Shown: positions 25,856 to 41,255, counted from the stretch's first letter. The stretch: 64,000 nucleotides of DNA from Hemiscyllium ocellatum (GCF_020745735.1 NC_083408.1:51614484-51678483); one strand, 5' to 3'. Made by a program: numbers and translations. Notes: a model not told the origin generated them from the sequence alone.

Positions 25856-26055
25856 GGGGAAAGTGAGGACTGCAGATGCTGGGAGTCAGAGCTGAAAAAT
25901 ATGTTGCTGGAAAAGCGCAGCAGGTCAGGCAGCATCCAAGGAGATGGAGAATCGACGTTTCGACTTTCCTGAAGAAGGGCTTATGCCCGAAACGTCGAAT
26001 CTCCTGTTCCTTGGATGCTGCCTGACCTGCTGCGCTTTTCCAGCAACACATTTTC
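25856..26055. mobile_element. Penelope-derived family A insertion forming a hairpin with ~70-bp arms and a 14-bp TSD
   Basis: Arms ~25891-25962 and ~25988-26056. TSD aggcca(g/a)aagtcta at 25842-25855 and 26056-26069. Confidence 0.85.
25966..25999 (+). ncRNA. Minimal type I hammerhead ribozyme motif, intact core
   Basis: uuc-CUGAAGA-A-GGGC-UUAU-GCCC-GAAAC-GUC-gaa; stem I uuc/gaa; palindromic ACGU in place of stem III. Confidence 0.7.
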
Positions 26056-29000
26056 AGGCCAAAAGTCTACCCTAACCCCCCCCCCCCCCCCCCCCCCCAC
26101 CTTCATATTATTTAAATCTGTGGTAAATTCGTCAAAGAAGCTTCCAAATGTCTTTGTGAGGTGTTCGGCCATCACAGTTTCAGCGCAGGTTGGAGTTGTA
26201 TTCCAGAGTTGGCATTGCTTCACGTTACTCTGGGATGGGCCCACGTAAAGAGTCCTCCTGTGTGCACAGAATTGACCTCCCGCTGACCGTGAAGAGCGCG
26301 GGTCGGCTTTCTGTTGACTTGAAAAACAAAACCTTTCGAAAGTCCCAAATTCCGCCGGAGGTCCTGAACTTTAAAAACGCAGCTTTGCGCGTCAGGCTGG
26401 GGTGATATCGGAGCTGGAGTCCACTGAGATTTGGACCGGGCACCGTGCAGTTGGCACCGACGCCTACCCTCGGCGCAAAGCTGGACGTTCAAATCATCCC
26501 ACAACTTCAGTGAGGCCTGGCCGGGGTAACTCCAGTGAGAAACGCTGTGAATGTTTGCCTGGGCCAACACTCGGCGCTCTGTCCTCGGACAGACACGACA
26601 CTTCAGTATGACCACTGTGAATGCAACACTAAAGGCAGAAAAAGGAATTGGAAACAAAGTGGGGGTGGAAGAAAGTGTTGTGGACAGTATCAAAAACTCG
26701 AGGGAACCGCAAAAGGGAAACAATACAGAAAATGGGTGCAGACAAATTGGAATAAAATGATAGCGATCAAATTGAAATATCTCATATATAGATATAGTAT
26801 GAAATATTAATAAATAGTTCGGAAGGTAGGAGGTGGTATATATTTGGAAGTGCTTGTGGAAGGATCTTGACTATATGAAGGATAAAGATGTCACTTGTCT
26901 GAGAATAAAGCAAGTCTGGTGAAACGTGTAATTTTAAAGAAATGCTTGTATGTCAAACAAGGAACGTGTAACTTTGGTAGTCTGAGCGAACTTTGGTTTA
27001 GATCTCATCATAACTGCGCCCATTTTCTAACGTTCACTTGTGTTCGTTTTCCTGTAGTTTTGAGCGAACAAACTGCGGCTGTGACTGCCTCCGCTGCTGC
27101 TCCTCACGGAAACCGGGAGATAATCAGCTCCCTGCAGAGACACACACTGCCACTTGGGGACGCTGAAGAGGCGCGAAGCCCGATGTGAAGCATCTATTTG
27201 ATGGAGGTCACCAGATCACCAGTGCCCCAAGTATTCTACCAACGATTAACAAAACCCGCAAAACTATGACGAAATTACAAAGTTGCCTAATATTTAGGGT
27301 TGGAATTAGTTGAATTCGCTTAGCTTTGTACATTTTATGAAACCAATGTAACAGCGAATGTAGGTGGCACTTAACTCTCTCCATCCATCTCTACAGTATC
27401 TGTCCTGGCTGCCTCAGTTTGGCAGAGGATTATCAAACTCTAAACCCAACAGGAAACTTTATTTTCTACCTTTAGTTCAAAAATAAAGGACGCGATAAAC
27501 TACCAATTTTGACACTATCGGTTCTTTTCCAACAGTTCGGCTAAAGAAATTTGCTCGTAATCTTCCATATTTGATCGAACCTCTAATTTCGTGCGTTTGG
27601 TTATGAAATGCTACAAACTGTGTTAAAATCTGCATTTTCTACACGACTAGTGAGCCCTGCAGCTTTGACGCCAATTGCAATGCTAAGCTTTATTGTATGT
27701 GTAAATAACCTTTACAATTTTCTGAAGTTCAGAAATCAACTAGTTATTCGAAAGGTCTCAATGAAATCCATCCTTTTTTTTAAAATCAGCTATCGACCCG
27801 CTTTATCCTGTCACTTTTAGCAGTGATATCGTTTGCAAAGAGCGCGGTCCATGCGCTGTTTCCCCGATTTTCAGGCATGCCTTCTCCCTATAGAATAGCA
27901 AGAGACAACTCGATTAGAGCGAAAAAAATTAGCATGTTATCAAAGAAGGTAAAGCTTTATAGTCCTATCACAAAGTCGACCTGCCAGAAAGGTGGAAGCT
28001 TGAATTTCGTGTTGGATGGAATAGGAGCAAAACGGAAGGGCGGCCGCTCCAGACCAGGTCTGTGACTTGGCCTCACTGCTACCACACTGCCCACAGGGAG
28101 AGAGAGAGAGAGAGCTCCAGGGGATATAATAACTTGGGCTCATTTACAGACAGCTCGAGCCCATCAAAGCACACAGCGTTAACTTTGTCTACCCCAGTCC
28201 ACCGGCGTCTCCAAATCAAAGCACACAGCAGCATTCCCCCCTAACCTGATAGCTAGTGAGTCAACCCAGAGGTGATTATCAGAATGGAGTCGGGCACTGT
28301 CGCCCACTACGATGTGCATGCGGACGCAGCTTCTGCAAAGAGTGTTTCCAAATATCAGATTCAAGATGTTCCGGCTCGCCTTTTTTTTTCATTAAGTGCA
28401 ACGGATGTTCTGCGACAGTCTTGTTAGATTGATATTTTTGCACATGAGTTTGTGCGGGAGGCAGTCCCGTACACGGCCATCGCTCCCAGAAACACAGATT
28501 GAAAACACCTTTCCGCGTGTGATCCCTTCATCATCGAACAAAGCACAAATTCGAGACCTGGGGCAGCAAGTGTCAAGAGGGGGAAAAAATTGTACACATT
28601 GAGTGAAATATATAAAGAGTAATGTACTGTTGGCAAACTTGGAGTGCACCGTTGGTTTTACTGAACGGTAGAATTAAAAAATAGAGCTTTCACTGTTGGC
28701 AGTTGGGCTGACCTAGAAATTAGATCTCCATCACGCTTCTGAGTTCGAGTTGTGTTTCCGTTAATGAGACGGGCTGCCAGTCACCACCAATCTAGGGAAT
28801 TATTTTTTTTTAAATCACAAAACACCAACACGTAGTGAGGAATCTGTTTCCAGACCTGTGGAATGTGTTCAACTGAATAAAGAATGGGACTTTTAGCCAG
28901 GGAATATCCGTTTCATCTCTGTTATAGCACTAACTTCAACTCCATGTTTCCCTCCAGCCGCTGGTGGGGACAGCGGGGGGTCTCCTGAAAAATATTAGGG

Positions 29001-31020
29001 CGGTATCAGGGTTGTCATCTCATTAGGATAACCTTCCCCTTGCAATACATAACGCCGTTTGCATTTCAAAATGAAACTGCAACCTTCAAATGAACCCCGT
29101 GTTGCCAAGGTTTTAACAAACACAGCGTGGAGTTTCCAAAGACACTTCCATTTCGAAATTGGCTGGGGATTTGGTTCGGGGACAAGGGCCGGATGGTGGA
29201 GGGGTCATCGCTGCGACCACATTAACCCCCCCAAGAAAGATCCAGTTGATCCAGTGGCAATGATAGGGTGACCGAAGGTTGGCGACTCGCCAACCAAAAA
29301 TGTCCCCTCTGTCAGGCCCCAACCCACCGTCAACTCAGTGCAACACCTTCAGGTTACAAAGTGGGACTGAAACGTGCCTGGGCAGAAAACAAGTTCCGTG
29401 GCTCAGTAACACAGCCTGAAAAGCATACTTTTTTTAACGCAAGGCTCCGTTCCGTTGCAATCTTGTAAATAATTCTGGACAATCTTCTGAATGAATGACC
29501 GGCCACAGAGAATTTTTTTTTTTTTAAAAAATGGCAGTGTATTACACGGGTTTAGTGAAACATTTCTGCTCTCAACACTTCCTCCTGACCTGATTCAGTT
29601 GTTCTATGGGACAGTTCTACGGCGATTGGCAATCCTCGACTAAACGAGTCACCAGGACCTGCCCCAATCCCGTCCTTATCCCCAAATCCACAGTGTTGCC
29701 TGTTGCAATGGTTTGAGGTGGGGGCGCGCCGACCAGTGATCAGAGCAAAGAAACACTCACTGGGGTCTGGCTCCCTTTCAGACCCAACAAGGTTCCCGGC
29801 CACCCCCAGATGTACTCAGGACAGACCAGGCAACAACCCGGGACATTTAGAAAGCTAAACCAACGAAAGAAAAAAGTTTGAAAAAGAATGTGCGTTTATA
29901 TAGCGCCTGTCGCCAATTCCGATCAACTCGCAAAGCCCCAGACGCGCCGCTCAATTATGGGACTTTATGTCAATTTCAAAACTATTATTTTCAATCAATT
30001 CGCTGAATTAAGATCATCTCTCCCCGCACCCCCACCCCCCACCCAACCCCCAAATCGGACACACTTTCGATCCCCTCACAATCCCAAGTGCAACACATAT
30101 AACCGGGAAAACGGTTCCCCTCGAAAGGGTTTCGTTAACACTAAGTCCTTCTTGAACAAATGCAGCCACTCGTTTCAGAAGCTAGTAATGTGCAGAAATT
30201 GACAGTTGTGAATTAAGCGATGACACCAGCCTTGCGATCAAAACTGTGTGTGACCATGGTGGAGAAAAATCTATTTACCACGGTCACGATACCGCCCGGT
30301 AAGCGGAATGTCCGTAATGAGGATTGAGAGAGCAGAATATGGAGAAACTATGTTCTCCTGTTCCCATCTCAGAGCTTCTCCACTTCTGGGAAAGTGGACA
30401 AATCAATATTTACTGGTGATTTACTCGTTAGTGAACAACGCGGTCCCCACCATTAATGGGATCAACATGATATTCATGGCTATCCTGTAATCTTCGCCCG
30501 CGTTTGCAAGAGTTTTGTTTCAGCTCTGTTGTTAGAACCCTCACTTTGATTGCAGGTTGAAATTATTTTTTTAAATCGTGTTCTTCGACTATTTATATTT
30601 CCACATGTTCGATAGAAACGGGAACACCAACCCCTCCGGAAATGTTTATTTTCTGTTATTTACCAATCAGCGCTAAGTTTTTTTTTCTGGGTTACTGAAA
30701 GCGAAAGGAGCTGTATTGGCATATTCTACGCTTTCCTGCTGATTTTGGAAACGATTTATTTTCCGTGGGCTTTAATGAACAATTTTCACGCTGTGGTTGC
30801 TAAGAAATGAACTGGCTCATCACAAATTTCAATACGACTGTTTAAATATTTTTGTTTTATATACACCGTCTACTTTTGCAACCTGTAAATATTTATGAAG
30901 CATCAGAGCTAATGTTATTAGATATTAGCGGTATTTTGTTTCTATCTTATGTACAATACATAATACTTGAGACGCCAAAACAGTGGAAATTCCAACTTGC
31001 GACAAATGTAGTTTTTTCCC

Positions 31021-31034
31021 CCACTAGGCGGCGC
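31021..31034 (+). promoter_or_regulatory. Candidate CTCF site
   Basis: CCACTAGGCGGCGC, one mismatch to the core CCASYAGRKGGCRS. Confidence 0.4.
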
Positions 31035-34000
31035 GCCTGCATTACCCGGGGCTGAAGAAGAGCTTTTTGGAGCATGATCAGTTACGGTAGAACCTGACTT
31101 TCCACTGAGCCCGTTTTATTGAATACCTCTTTGTTTCCATCTGTGAATCCTCGTGCGTTGTGCTAAAAGCAAATATTATTTTGCCTCATGCGTAGGATAC
31201 CGCTTGTAATGGCTTCGGTCAACGCTAATAGTCAACAAGTAATAGACGAGCTAATCAATTATTGCATTATTACCTGTTCTAGTCACTGTGCCTCATAACG
31301 TTAAATTATTTCCCCGTTGCGCTGTCAATGGTGACACTCGTTATTTATACATGAAAGCGTTCTCAAAACTGCTATAATTTAAATTTGTGCAACTATTAAT
31401 GTTTGGAAATTTTGTAATTTGTAATTCGGTGATTTGCAGCTGTATTTGACAAAGTGTTAATATTTCATTCGGATTAACACCGCCGAGGATGCCTGATTCG
31501 GAGGTTGTGGGAGACTAAAGTTTAGAACCTAAATAAAGGATTTTAAGATGTCGTATAACGTGCATCCTATTATTCGATGGTCAGGAAAGCCAGGGGATGG
31601 GCGGATTTGTGGAAAGGCGAGAGAGGCTCTGATGTGAGGGTAGTTACACCGCTTTTGTACGTTGTGTACTGTCAGTACAGACTGCGACAGCAGCGTGTCG
31701 AGACAAGCAACTCATTTGGACTAGGTACTGAGGGAGAGAACTGCTATAGGTAGATATAACACAAAGCGACTGTCACAGCCAGTCTGACATTCGCTGTGCT
31801 GCATATGGGACTGGGTTTTAATATTTATAATTATTGATTTCAGCCTTGTGAAAACTGCCACAACGCGAATGAGTCAACAACTGAGAATAATTATCAAAAT
31901 CACCCCTGAACTACACGGAGTCAATATCACCGCATGAGAATACAGTACAAAATATTCATTATTTCTGTGTATTTTTTTTTTAAAAAACGGGATCTTCCAT
32001 TTCTAGGGCAGAAACTCATGTGGCAATGATAAACACCGAATATGGGAATGGAAGTCGTTCTCTCAGACAATCTGTTTCCCCCAGTTCCCGACTGCTACCA
32101 CTGGGTATTCATAAACAACTAGCAAACAAAACGTTACGACAAAAGAGGACACAAAGGGCCACAGGGGACTCACATTGCAAGCCTGGCATTACAATTCATT
32201 TTCACACTTTATCGGCCCAGATATTGAAGTCAAAAACCATACATAAGATTAAAGATTTTCTCCCTTTAAAAGATCGATTTTCAGAACAACTGCTATTACG
32301 AACAGTGGTATCAATTAAGTTCCTCCAGAATTTGTGAAAGTAGGAACGGTTCATTCAATACAGTTGAGATAGCATTGTTTACATGAGCATCGATTTTTCT
32401 ACGCCGGTTCTTTGTGTGGTCCTAGAGCTCTTTAAGTGGATGAAATACCGTGCTAGGCAAGACGCGAAACAAGTAACATTTAATATAGAAACAGCAATAG
32501 TTTCAACGGTATCGGAATGAGGCTACTGCGTTTTACATATTTTCTGGTTTGATCGTAGTTTTCAAAGGAGCAAGTTTAGCTGGAGACGAGCTTTTGCAGG
32601 TTGATGTTTAAAAGAGTTCTTCGTTTTAATGTATATAAAGATGTGCTATAAGGTTTAATCACGAATGAACAGAATTAGACGTTTTTGTACGGTTACGTCG
32701 AGTGCATTAGATTTTTCTTTCATTGGGAGCGTACTCGTCCTATGATGGGTAACGTCAAAGATTTTTTTTCCCCTTGTTTAAATCTAAGGCGTCACACTAT
32801 TTGCGATTCAAGTCAATATTTGAAATCATTTTGTTAGTGCGGCGCTGCCATGAAATAAACAAGCGGCTCACATTGTCTATTAACCGTGTAGTTTACAGTA
32901 TCATCTGCGATGTAGATTTACAGATTGCTGCAAATTACATTATCGCGTGTATGAAAGGATAGGTTGCTACAGCCTGCCTTCAAAGAATGTATATTTCATC
33001 AAATAAAGGATGCGGGTAATTGACAAACATAAATATCTGGGATTTAATTGGATTGGTACTAATTTGAACATGTCCTAACGCCAATTGTTCTATGTTAAAT
33101 GAAAGTACTCGTCCGCCAATAACAAAAAAAGATTTTGGAAGGAAGACATCGGAGGATTCGTTGTTTATGTTTTACATACAGAAGGATATACGGTATCCTC
33201 TTAACTATTTCAATTTCAGCCTAATATCTTTGGCGCCACTCAATGGGATTGTTAATTGTAACTGATCACCGTTTGCGAGCGTATCCTTAGGAAAACGAAA
33301 AGCGGTCCCAGCCATTCAGGCGCATCAGTTAATATTTAAGAAATCAAACCCCACTGACGGCCATTCCGACATCCAACTCGGCTTGCCATTCCCTCAGTCC
33401 CTGATCAGACCGGAAATAGCCAGTCAGCCTGCCCAACTCATAAATGGCGTGAATAACGCTCCTCTGATTTTTAAAAATTATATCCTGTGAAAGTATTGAT
33501 TACAATATTTTAGTGGCTCATTTTAAGACAGGGATTCATGTAACTTACGGCAGTGTATACAATCCTGCAATGCGCAAAACTGTTGTTTACTTGAAATAGT
33601 TGCAATAATGGGAACCAATTTATTTCCTCCAACGCACTTTCCTTAGAGTCTATACTGAAAGATTGCTTCAATCTTCATTCAGAATCATTAACAGGAAAGC
33701 ATCGCTTTGATCTTCGATTACTTCGGATAAAGTTTTTAAAGAAACAGACACTAAAACAATTAGAAAATTATTCACTCGCATTATTTGTTTTCTAGTCTGG
33801 ATATTTTATTTATGTCTGACTTCACCAGCTTCAGCAGGTTGCAAATAAGTTTCTCTCTGTTATCACTGAATTGTTAGATTATTTTTTCTTGCAGTGCCGG
33901 GGTCTCTGCAGTGTAAGTGTGGGGTATATTATACTGAATACCTTGATCCGACTCAGATTCGCTCAACACCCACACAGTGAGTTATTCAGTCTGTTGAGAC

Positions 34001-35655
34001 GCGTTTACAGGGTGTTGAAGCAGTATGCTCAACAGACCGAGGACATGCACTTTTGCAAACAGATTGTTGGTCACGTCTAAATGTGGTATTGCCTGCTTTT
34101 TCGCATTGTCTTTCATGAGCACCTCAAGACCCCGCATGTTTGGGAGAATGCACAGTAAGGCTATCAGGATGAGAAACTTAGGTTTTACGGAGAACGATGC
34201 TATCATGCAAACAATGGGCTCTATCTTCTGCGGTATTTCGGCTATGGATCAGACAACAATAACCTGTCCACCTCAAACCTGGGGTTCCCTTGTTTAAGGC
34301 ATGCCTTGAGCCTTATTTGAATGTCGTTTCTTTTTTTTTCATCTTTACTTGTTTTTTTTTAATTGTTTCAGCTGCTCATTGCGAAGCAGTTTTGTTGACA
34401 TTGGAACAAGCCGGGTATAAGCGGCTAACTCCCAGCTTTGTGTGTGTATGTGTGTGTTTTCTTTTCTGCAATTTTGAAGGAAATTTCCCAGTGACACAAT
34501 GTTATGATGGAAAGATGCTGCAAATGACAGCGCCGGTAAACGTTCGTCTTAATCATCGGGCTCTTAATTTAGTTTGGTGCTGGTTTTTGGAGTGAGCAGC
34601 CGCTGACAACCTACAGGGAGTTAATGAGTGACAAGACAGGGCTGCTACACCAAGTAACACTTTCCTGGTGCGAAGACCGCTAACTGGGAAGTTTAGTTCA
34701 CTACTGTTTTCGCAAACCTAATAATATAACCTGTAACAAAAACCACTTAAGAAACATGCAGCACGCTAAAGACAGAAACTTTCAATCACTAATTATTAGC
34801 GCCTGCAGTCAGTTAAGTGTCTTACTTAGTTACTGGGAGAATGTCATCGCCGATTCCTTCCATTGGTCTGTCAACAGTTCACATCATTTGCAAACATTGT
34901 CTTTTTTTCACCCCCCCCCCCAAAAAAAAGCTTCCTGCCAATTATACAAATATATTTTTGTTGAAATTCAGGGCATGTTTGCGTCTGTTTTGTGCAAAAT
35001 GGCGCCGGGGGCAGCACTTTAGCCGAAAACAATTTCTGAAGTGGAGTGTTGTGAATTTCTTCAAAATCATCAATTCTATTGAGTACTGAGATAATGGTTA
35101 TATAAGTTTTTGTCATCATTCCAGGGGCGTCGGCAATGAGTTTGCCTTTTCTGTTCTAATATTTTCGCCCTACCACGTCAGCCCGATCGCCCTAGTACAT
35201 AACACAAAGGAGACTTGCGGGGGATTGCGGGTTGCTCTTCCAGCTTTATTTGACCACATTGGTACATCCGTTACACTTGAATATTGAATACATACAAGAA
35301 ATAAACAATATATTTTTATACACAATTCTCAAAATATCACTGTTTCATTTATTCCAAGCTGACACATAGCAGATGTTCTTTTTAGAATCATTATGGTATA
35401 TTAGTATGGAGAGATCCTTAGCTCCCCACGTCGGTAAGGGGCAAGGAATACCCACAAATCCACTTCTGTGTCAGGATTCTTTGCTTGGGGGGGGTCAAAG
35501 GTAAAATTCTGCAGCAGACACAAAACGGTATTAATTTAAAAGAAACAGCATTGTCAAAACGTTAAACTTGCAGTAAGCGAAAAGTAAGACTGCCTTAAAA
35601 ATACCTTTCCACGTATACATTTACAAACAAAGGCGTTGTGCTGAATTATTGTCGT

Positions 35656-35695
35656 GGGGGGGGGGGGGGGGGGGGGGGGGGGTTGGAGGGGGGGG
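35656..35695 (+). repeat. Poly-G tract (G27 plus G8)
   Basis: Read directly. Similar homopolymers: C23 at 26076-26098, C22 at 38530-38551, G15 at 38679-38693. Confidence 0.9.
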
Positions 35696-37869
35696 AGCCT
35701 TAGCTCAGATTGATTCGATAAGATTTCTCAGTAGCTCTCGCTTACTTCTTTGGGTCCAATTTTGGCTTTGGGTGGTTCACGCCAGTATTAACATGTTCTG
35801 ATTAGGACACGTTTGGGTAATCCTTGCACGTTTACCCCTTTTTTTGTTGTTCATTGCTGCAGTAATTTCTATACTGACCGTGTGGGTTATTGTGGCAGTT
35901 GAGGTTATTGGAATGAACTGTAAGTTAAGTTGGCTGCTCAAGTATTAAATAGAATATCAAAAAAAAAGTTGCCTTCAGGTTTAGAAACCCAACTTCAAAT
36001 GTTTTACATTCGTAGCAATCTGCTGGGTTTCCTATATCAATATCAAATTCATTGCCTTGTGGCAACTTATGAATCTTAAATGATGTCAAACAAACAGAAT
36101 TCGATATGTTATAATATACCAGAAACAGTACGCCTATCTTATTTTTCCTCACGTTCCAGAATCAGTTCGAGATACACGTTTGTAAACTGGCTTTGAAATA
36201 GTTATACAAGAACTCTGATTAAGTATTGCCAAATCACAGCAACAACGTGGTTAGTACAAACAACAGCTGGGTTTAGTTTTTTTTTACATAGAAAAGTTAC
36301 AATTCAATGACCGCTTGCTCATATGAGCATGCAATCAGCTAATCTCGCTTTCTTCTTTGTGTTAATCAACACTTTCCTCGCTGCATATCAGTGTACAAGT
36401 ACTGGAGTTACTCCATCAGTAAATGTTTATGTAACCTGTACTTTCCCAGGAATCCGGTTACGCCAAATCATTTCATGCTAGACTGAGTACGAAAACGAGC
36501 AGGTCAGGCTCGAGTCTAAATATATACCGAGAAGGTAAGCGAACGGTCCCCAAACTGCTCCCTGGAAATACGTGTGCGCGCCCCGTCAGACACCGCGTAT
36601 GAAACCATTTACGACCTTCCTCAGACTTCACCGGTGACCTTTTGGCCTCAGTATTCCACTGGTTTACAACGGGGAACTCCCAGAGCAGATGCATGCACAC
36701 CATGTATCACCACATCAAAAATAAAGTCTAAATATTTAATTTCTTGATGTATTTGAATATATTTTACAGATTAGCTTAGTATTGGAATATATAAGAGATT
36801 CTTGTTAAACGCCTTTTTATTTAAAAACAATCAAATCCATGCAGTGTCCCATTTATTATACAGCCCTAGTTTGGCTTTACCAATGGGCGATGTGTCTTGG
36901 AGCAGAATTTTAATGCTATTGCGCAATAAAAATACTGATCGCTTTGTGCTAAGCTAAATTCGGGCTGTTAAAGCGACTGCGAAATGCAGGAACAAGGTCA
37001 GAGACATATTTGCATTTTACTCCCGGAACATAATGAGGTTAAAAACGAGAGCTGCCGTTTACCACGAGAACGGGAGCCGAATGCAGCGGGCGGCCGGTTC
37101 GTTCAGGAATCCAGCGCCGAGGGTCTGAGCACGGCCTTCGCTTTGACGCGCCCAGGCGCTTCTGCGATTCGAGGGTCATGTTTGCAGGCAACGCGACGTC
37201 CCGGCTTCACTTGGCGTGACCCTGTCGTATGAACTACCCCAGGTCCAAGCATAGCCGGCAAACATGTTATAAATATTAACATGTGCTAAGACACCGTATC
37301 AGCTAAACAACAAGCTCACTACATCGTTAAAGCGATGAATAGAGCCCTAAGTGCACCTCATATTGTATAAGCATCTTAATTAATAACTAAATCTAAAGAA
37401 ATAAAACAAAGGCTGTTATAAAGAAGCCAGGATGTACAACACGTTTATAGGCCAGTAACACTTATCTACAACCCAAGATTGGCATCTGTTACTTCAGAGT
37501 TCCTTCCTTGTAATGAGCAGAGAAATGGTCTACAAAAGCAGGATTTTTATTGCATTTGGACCGACATAAAGTCACAATCAATCTACAACTGATTGCCAAC
37601 ATTCCCCATCCGCCATCATGGATCCCAGATGACTGACAGCACAAGAGTCAGAGCGAATGATACAGAGTTCAGATGGAATGAGCACACTCGGGTAGACTGT
37701 GACAGGTCACGCAGGGGATGTCGGTTTGGAAAGAGCCGGAAGAATGCTCTGGGATCAGGCTCGCAATGTCAGCCGGCCATTCTACAAGCCCCATTCCCTG
37801 GACCCCCGCCAACAAGCCCACCCCGCCACAAACTCCCAAACCCTGCTTCTGTCCTAGTTCCCGTCCCTG

Positions 37870-38140
37870 CCCCCAGTCCGTGATCCAACCCCGGCTCCTG
37901 CCCCCAACCCCTGACCCAGTCCCGGCCCTCAGCCTCTGATCCAACCCCCGGTCCATCTCCGAACCCCTGACCCAGTCCTGGCCCTCAGCACGTCATCCAA
38001 ACCCTAGTCCAGCCCCAACCCCGAACCTCGTCCTAGCCCTCAGCCCCGATCCAACCCCCATGTCCGGCCCCCAACCCAGTGCCTGTCCTCAGCCTTTGAT
38101 CCAAACCCGCCTCCCGCCCCCAACCTTTGACCCAATCCCA
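37870..38140. repeat. C-rich minisatellite, ~5 diverged units of 50-56 bp
   Basis: Anchor (g/c)atccaa recurs at 37882, 37938, 37994, 38048 and 38098, with (c/t)cctcagc between the anchors. Confidence 0.8.
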
Positions 38141-38699
38141 TCTCTAAAGCTGCCCGGTTCCTGTGCCCGTTTTCCCGTCCGGCCCTAGTTTCTGCCATCC
38201 AGCTCCTGACTCAACCCTGACTCCTGCCAGCCGCCTCCAACTCCGCCCTGAGCCAAGTTTTCTCACAAGTTGGCAGCGCAACCTCACACACATGCACCAG
38301 GGGTAGTCACTCTGCATGGGTCTGGGAGATGTGCTGGAGCTGGAATTGCATGGGCATAGGGATGGGGGGAATGGGAGAGGTGTGTTTCAGTGGGGAGTGT
38401 GGAGGGTCAGGAGATGATGGGGGTACTGGGGGCCTCTCTCACTCTCAATCCTTGGCTTCAGCCACTCGCGGCGAGATCCGAACTGGGGACTGGCAGCTGG
38501 TGCCCCGAGAAAATAGTCCCGCTCCTACACCCCCCCCCCCCCCCCCCCCCCTTGGAGCTCAACTGCGTGGAAAAGGAGGGAGACCAAATTCCAGCAACTT
38601 TGCATAGAAAGGGAAACGTGCTGGGAGTGAGAGGCAGTTGGGTTGGAGGGGAAACCAACCATCCGGAAGATTGGAATTGGGGGGGGGGGGGGGAAGTGA

Positions 38700-40393
<1,694 letters not shown>

Positions 40394-40682
40394 CAAATCC
40401 CTTCGAAAAGACTGTAAGTTGACATTTTACACACATTTGCGTTGTAAATAATTCTCAAAAGAAGCCCAGGTATTTTTATTCAAGTCCCCATTTTTGTCTG
40501 CATTTTGTCAAATCCCGTAGGATTGTTTGTTTATTCAGTTTCAGCAATGTGCAATTTGAGGCGGTTTAGATAGGAAACCACGAGTTAAATTAATGTAGAC
40601 TGTGTATTTAAAATGACTACATTCCAACTAAGTTTAAATTAGGCAGATCTGAACCAACTGTTCCACCAGATTTTCGTATTTG

Positions 40683-40690
40683 CAGTATTA
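40683..40690 (+). promoter_or_regulatory. miR-200b/c/429 8mer seed site in the FOXG1 3' UTR
   Basis: CAGTATTA; the miR-200 family is a known Foxg1 regulator. Confidence 0.7.
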
Positions 40691-40868
40691 GAAGTTATCT
40701 TTTCTGGTGGCTGCTGATCTCAATATTGGCGGAAACATTTTACACTCGAAACAATCAAAATTGAACGCTTGATTTGTACTGTATTTGGTAACCTTACTTA
40801 AAACATGCCTAACCTTCGGTCATTTTTTTTTCCCATTTGGTTACAAAATGGTTCATGTTTACGTTGAG

Positions 40869-40876
40869 ACCAAAGA
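40869..40876 (+). promoter_or_regulatory. miR-9 8mer seed site in the FOXG1 3' UTR
   Basis: ACCAAAGA; miR-9 repression of Foxg1 is established in vertebrates. Confidence 0.8.
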
Positions 40877-41249
40877 CGGGGCTAGAAATGCACTCCTTGT
40901 TTAAACGAACAAGTACTTTGAAAATAATTCCTATTTTCCAGTTTACAACACTGCCTGCAAAAGAATCAGAAGGGGACAAAATTGATGATTGCCTTTAGTT
41001 TGTGTTGTGCATAATTCGATGTATGTGGTCACTAACAGGTCCCTTTTCATTTCTTTCTGTAACTGTAGTGAAATGTGTAAACCTATTGTACTTAAAGGAT
41101 AAATCTTGCGGACGTGTAACTTGTGTTGCTTAAATGCCTCATAAATTCCTTGAGTGATTGTTAATGTCGTCTCTAAATTTCATGATTGTGATATTGTGAT
41201 CATATGCCCGTGTTGTCACTTAAAATGTTTACTATACAGAAGGCACCGA

Positions 41250-41255
41250 AATAAA
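41250..41255 (+). terminator. FOXG1 polyadenylation signal
   Basis: AATAAA ~860 nt after the stop, followed by a U/GU-rich stretch at 41278-41302. Confidence 0.75.

Noticed and set aside
29000-29860. Possible hAT MITE ends (agggttgtca, tagggtgacc, ccgggacattt)
   Set aside because: No matching TIR pair or 8-bp TSD could be established.
29884-29960. Possible DeuSINE tail remnant (tttatatagcgcct) inside the TE-poor domain
   Set aside because: Similarity is too short to call.
37870-38140. CRISPR-like repeat array
   Set aside because: Eukaryotic context; the units are diverged tandem copies without unique spacers.
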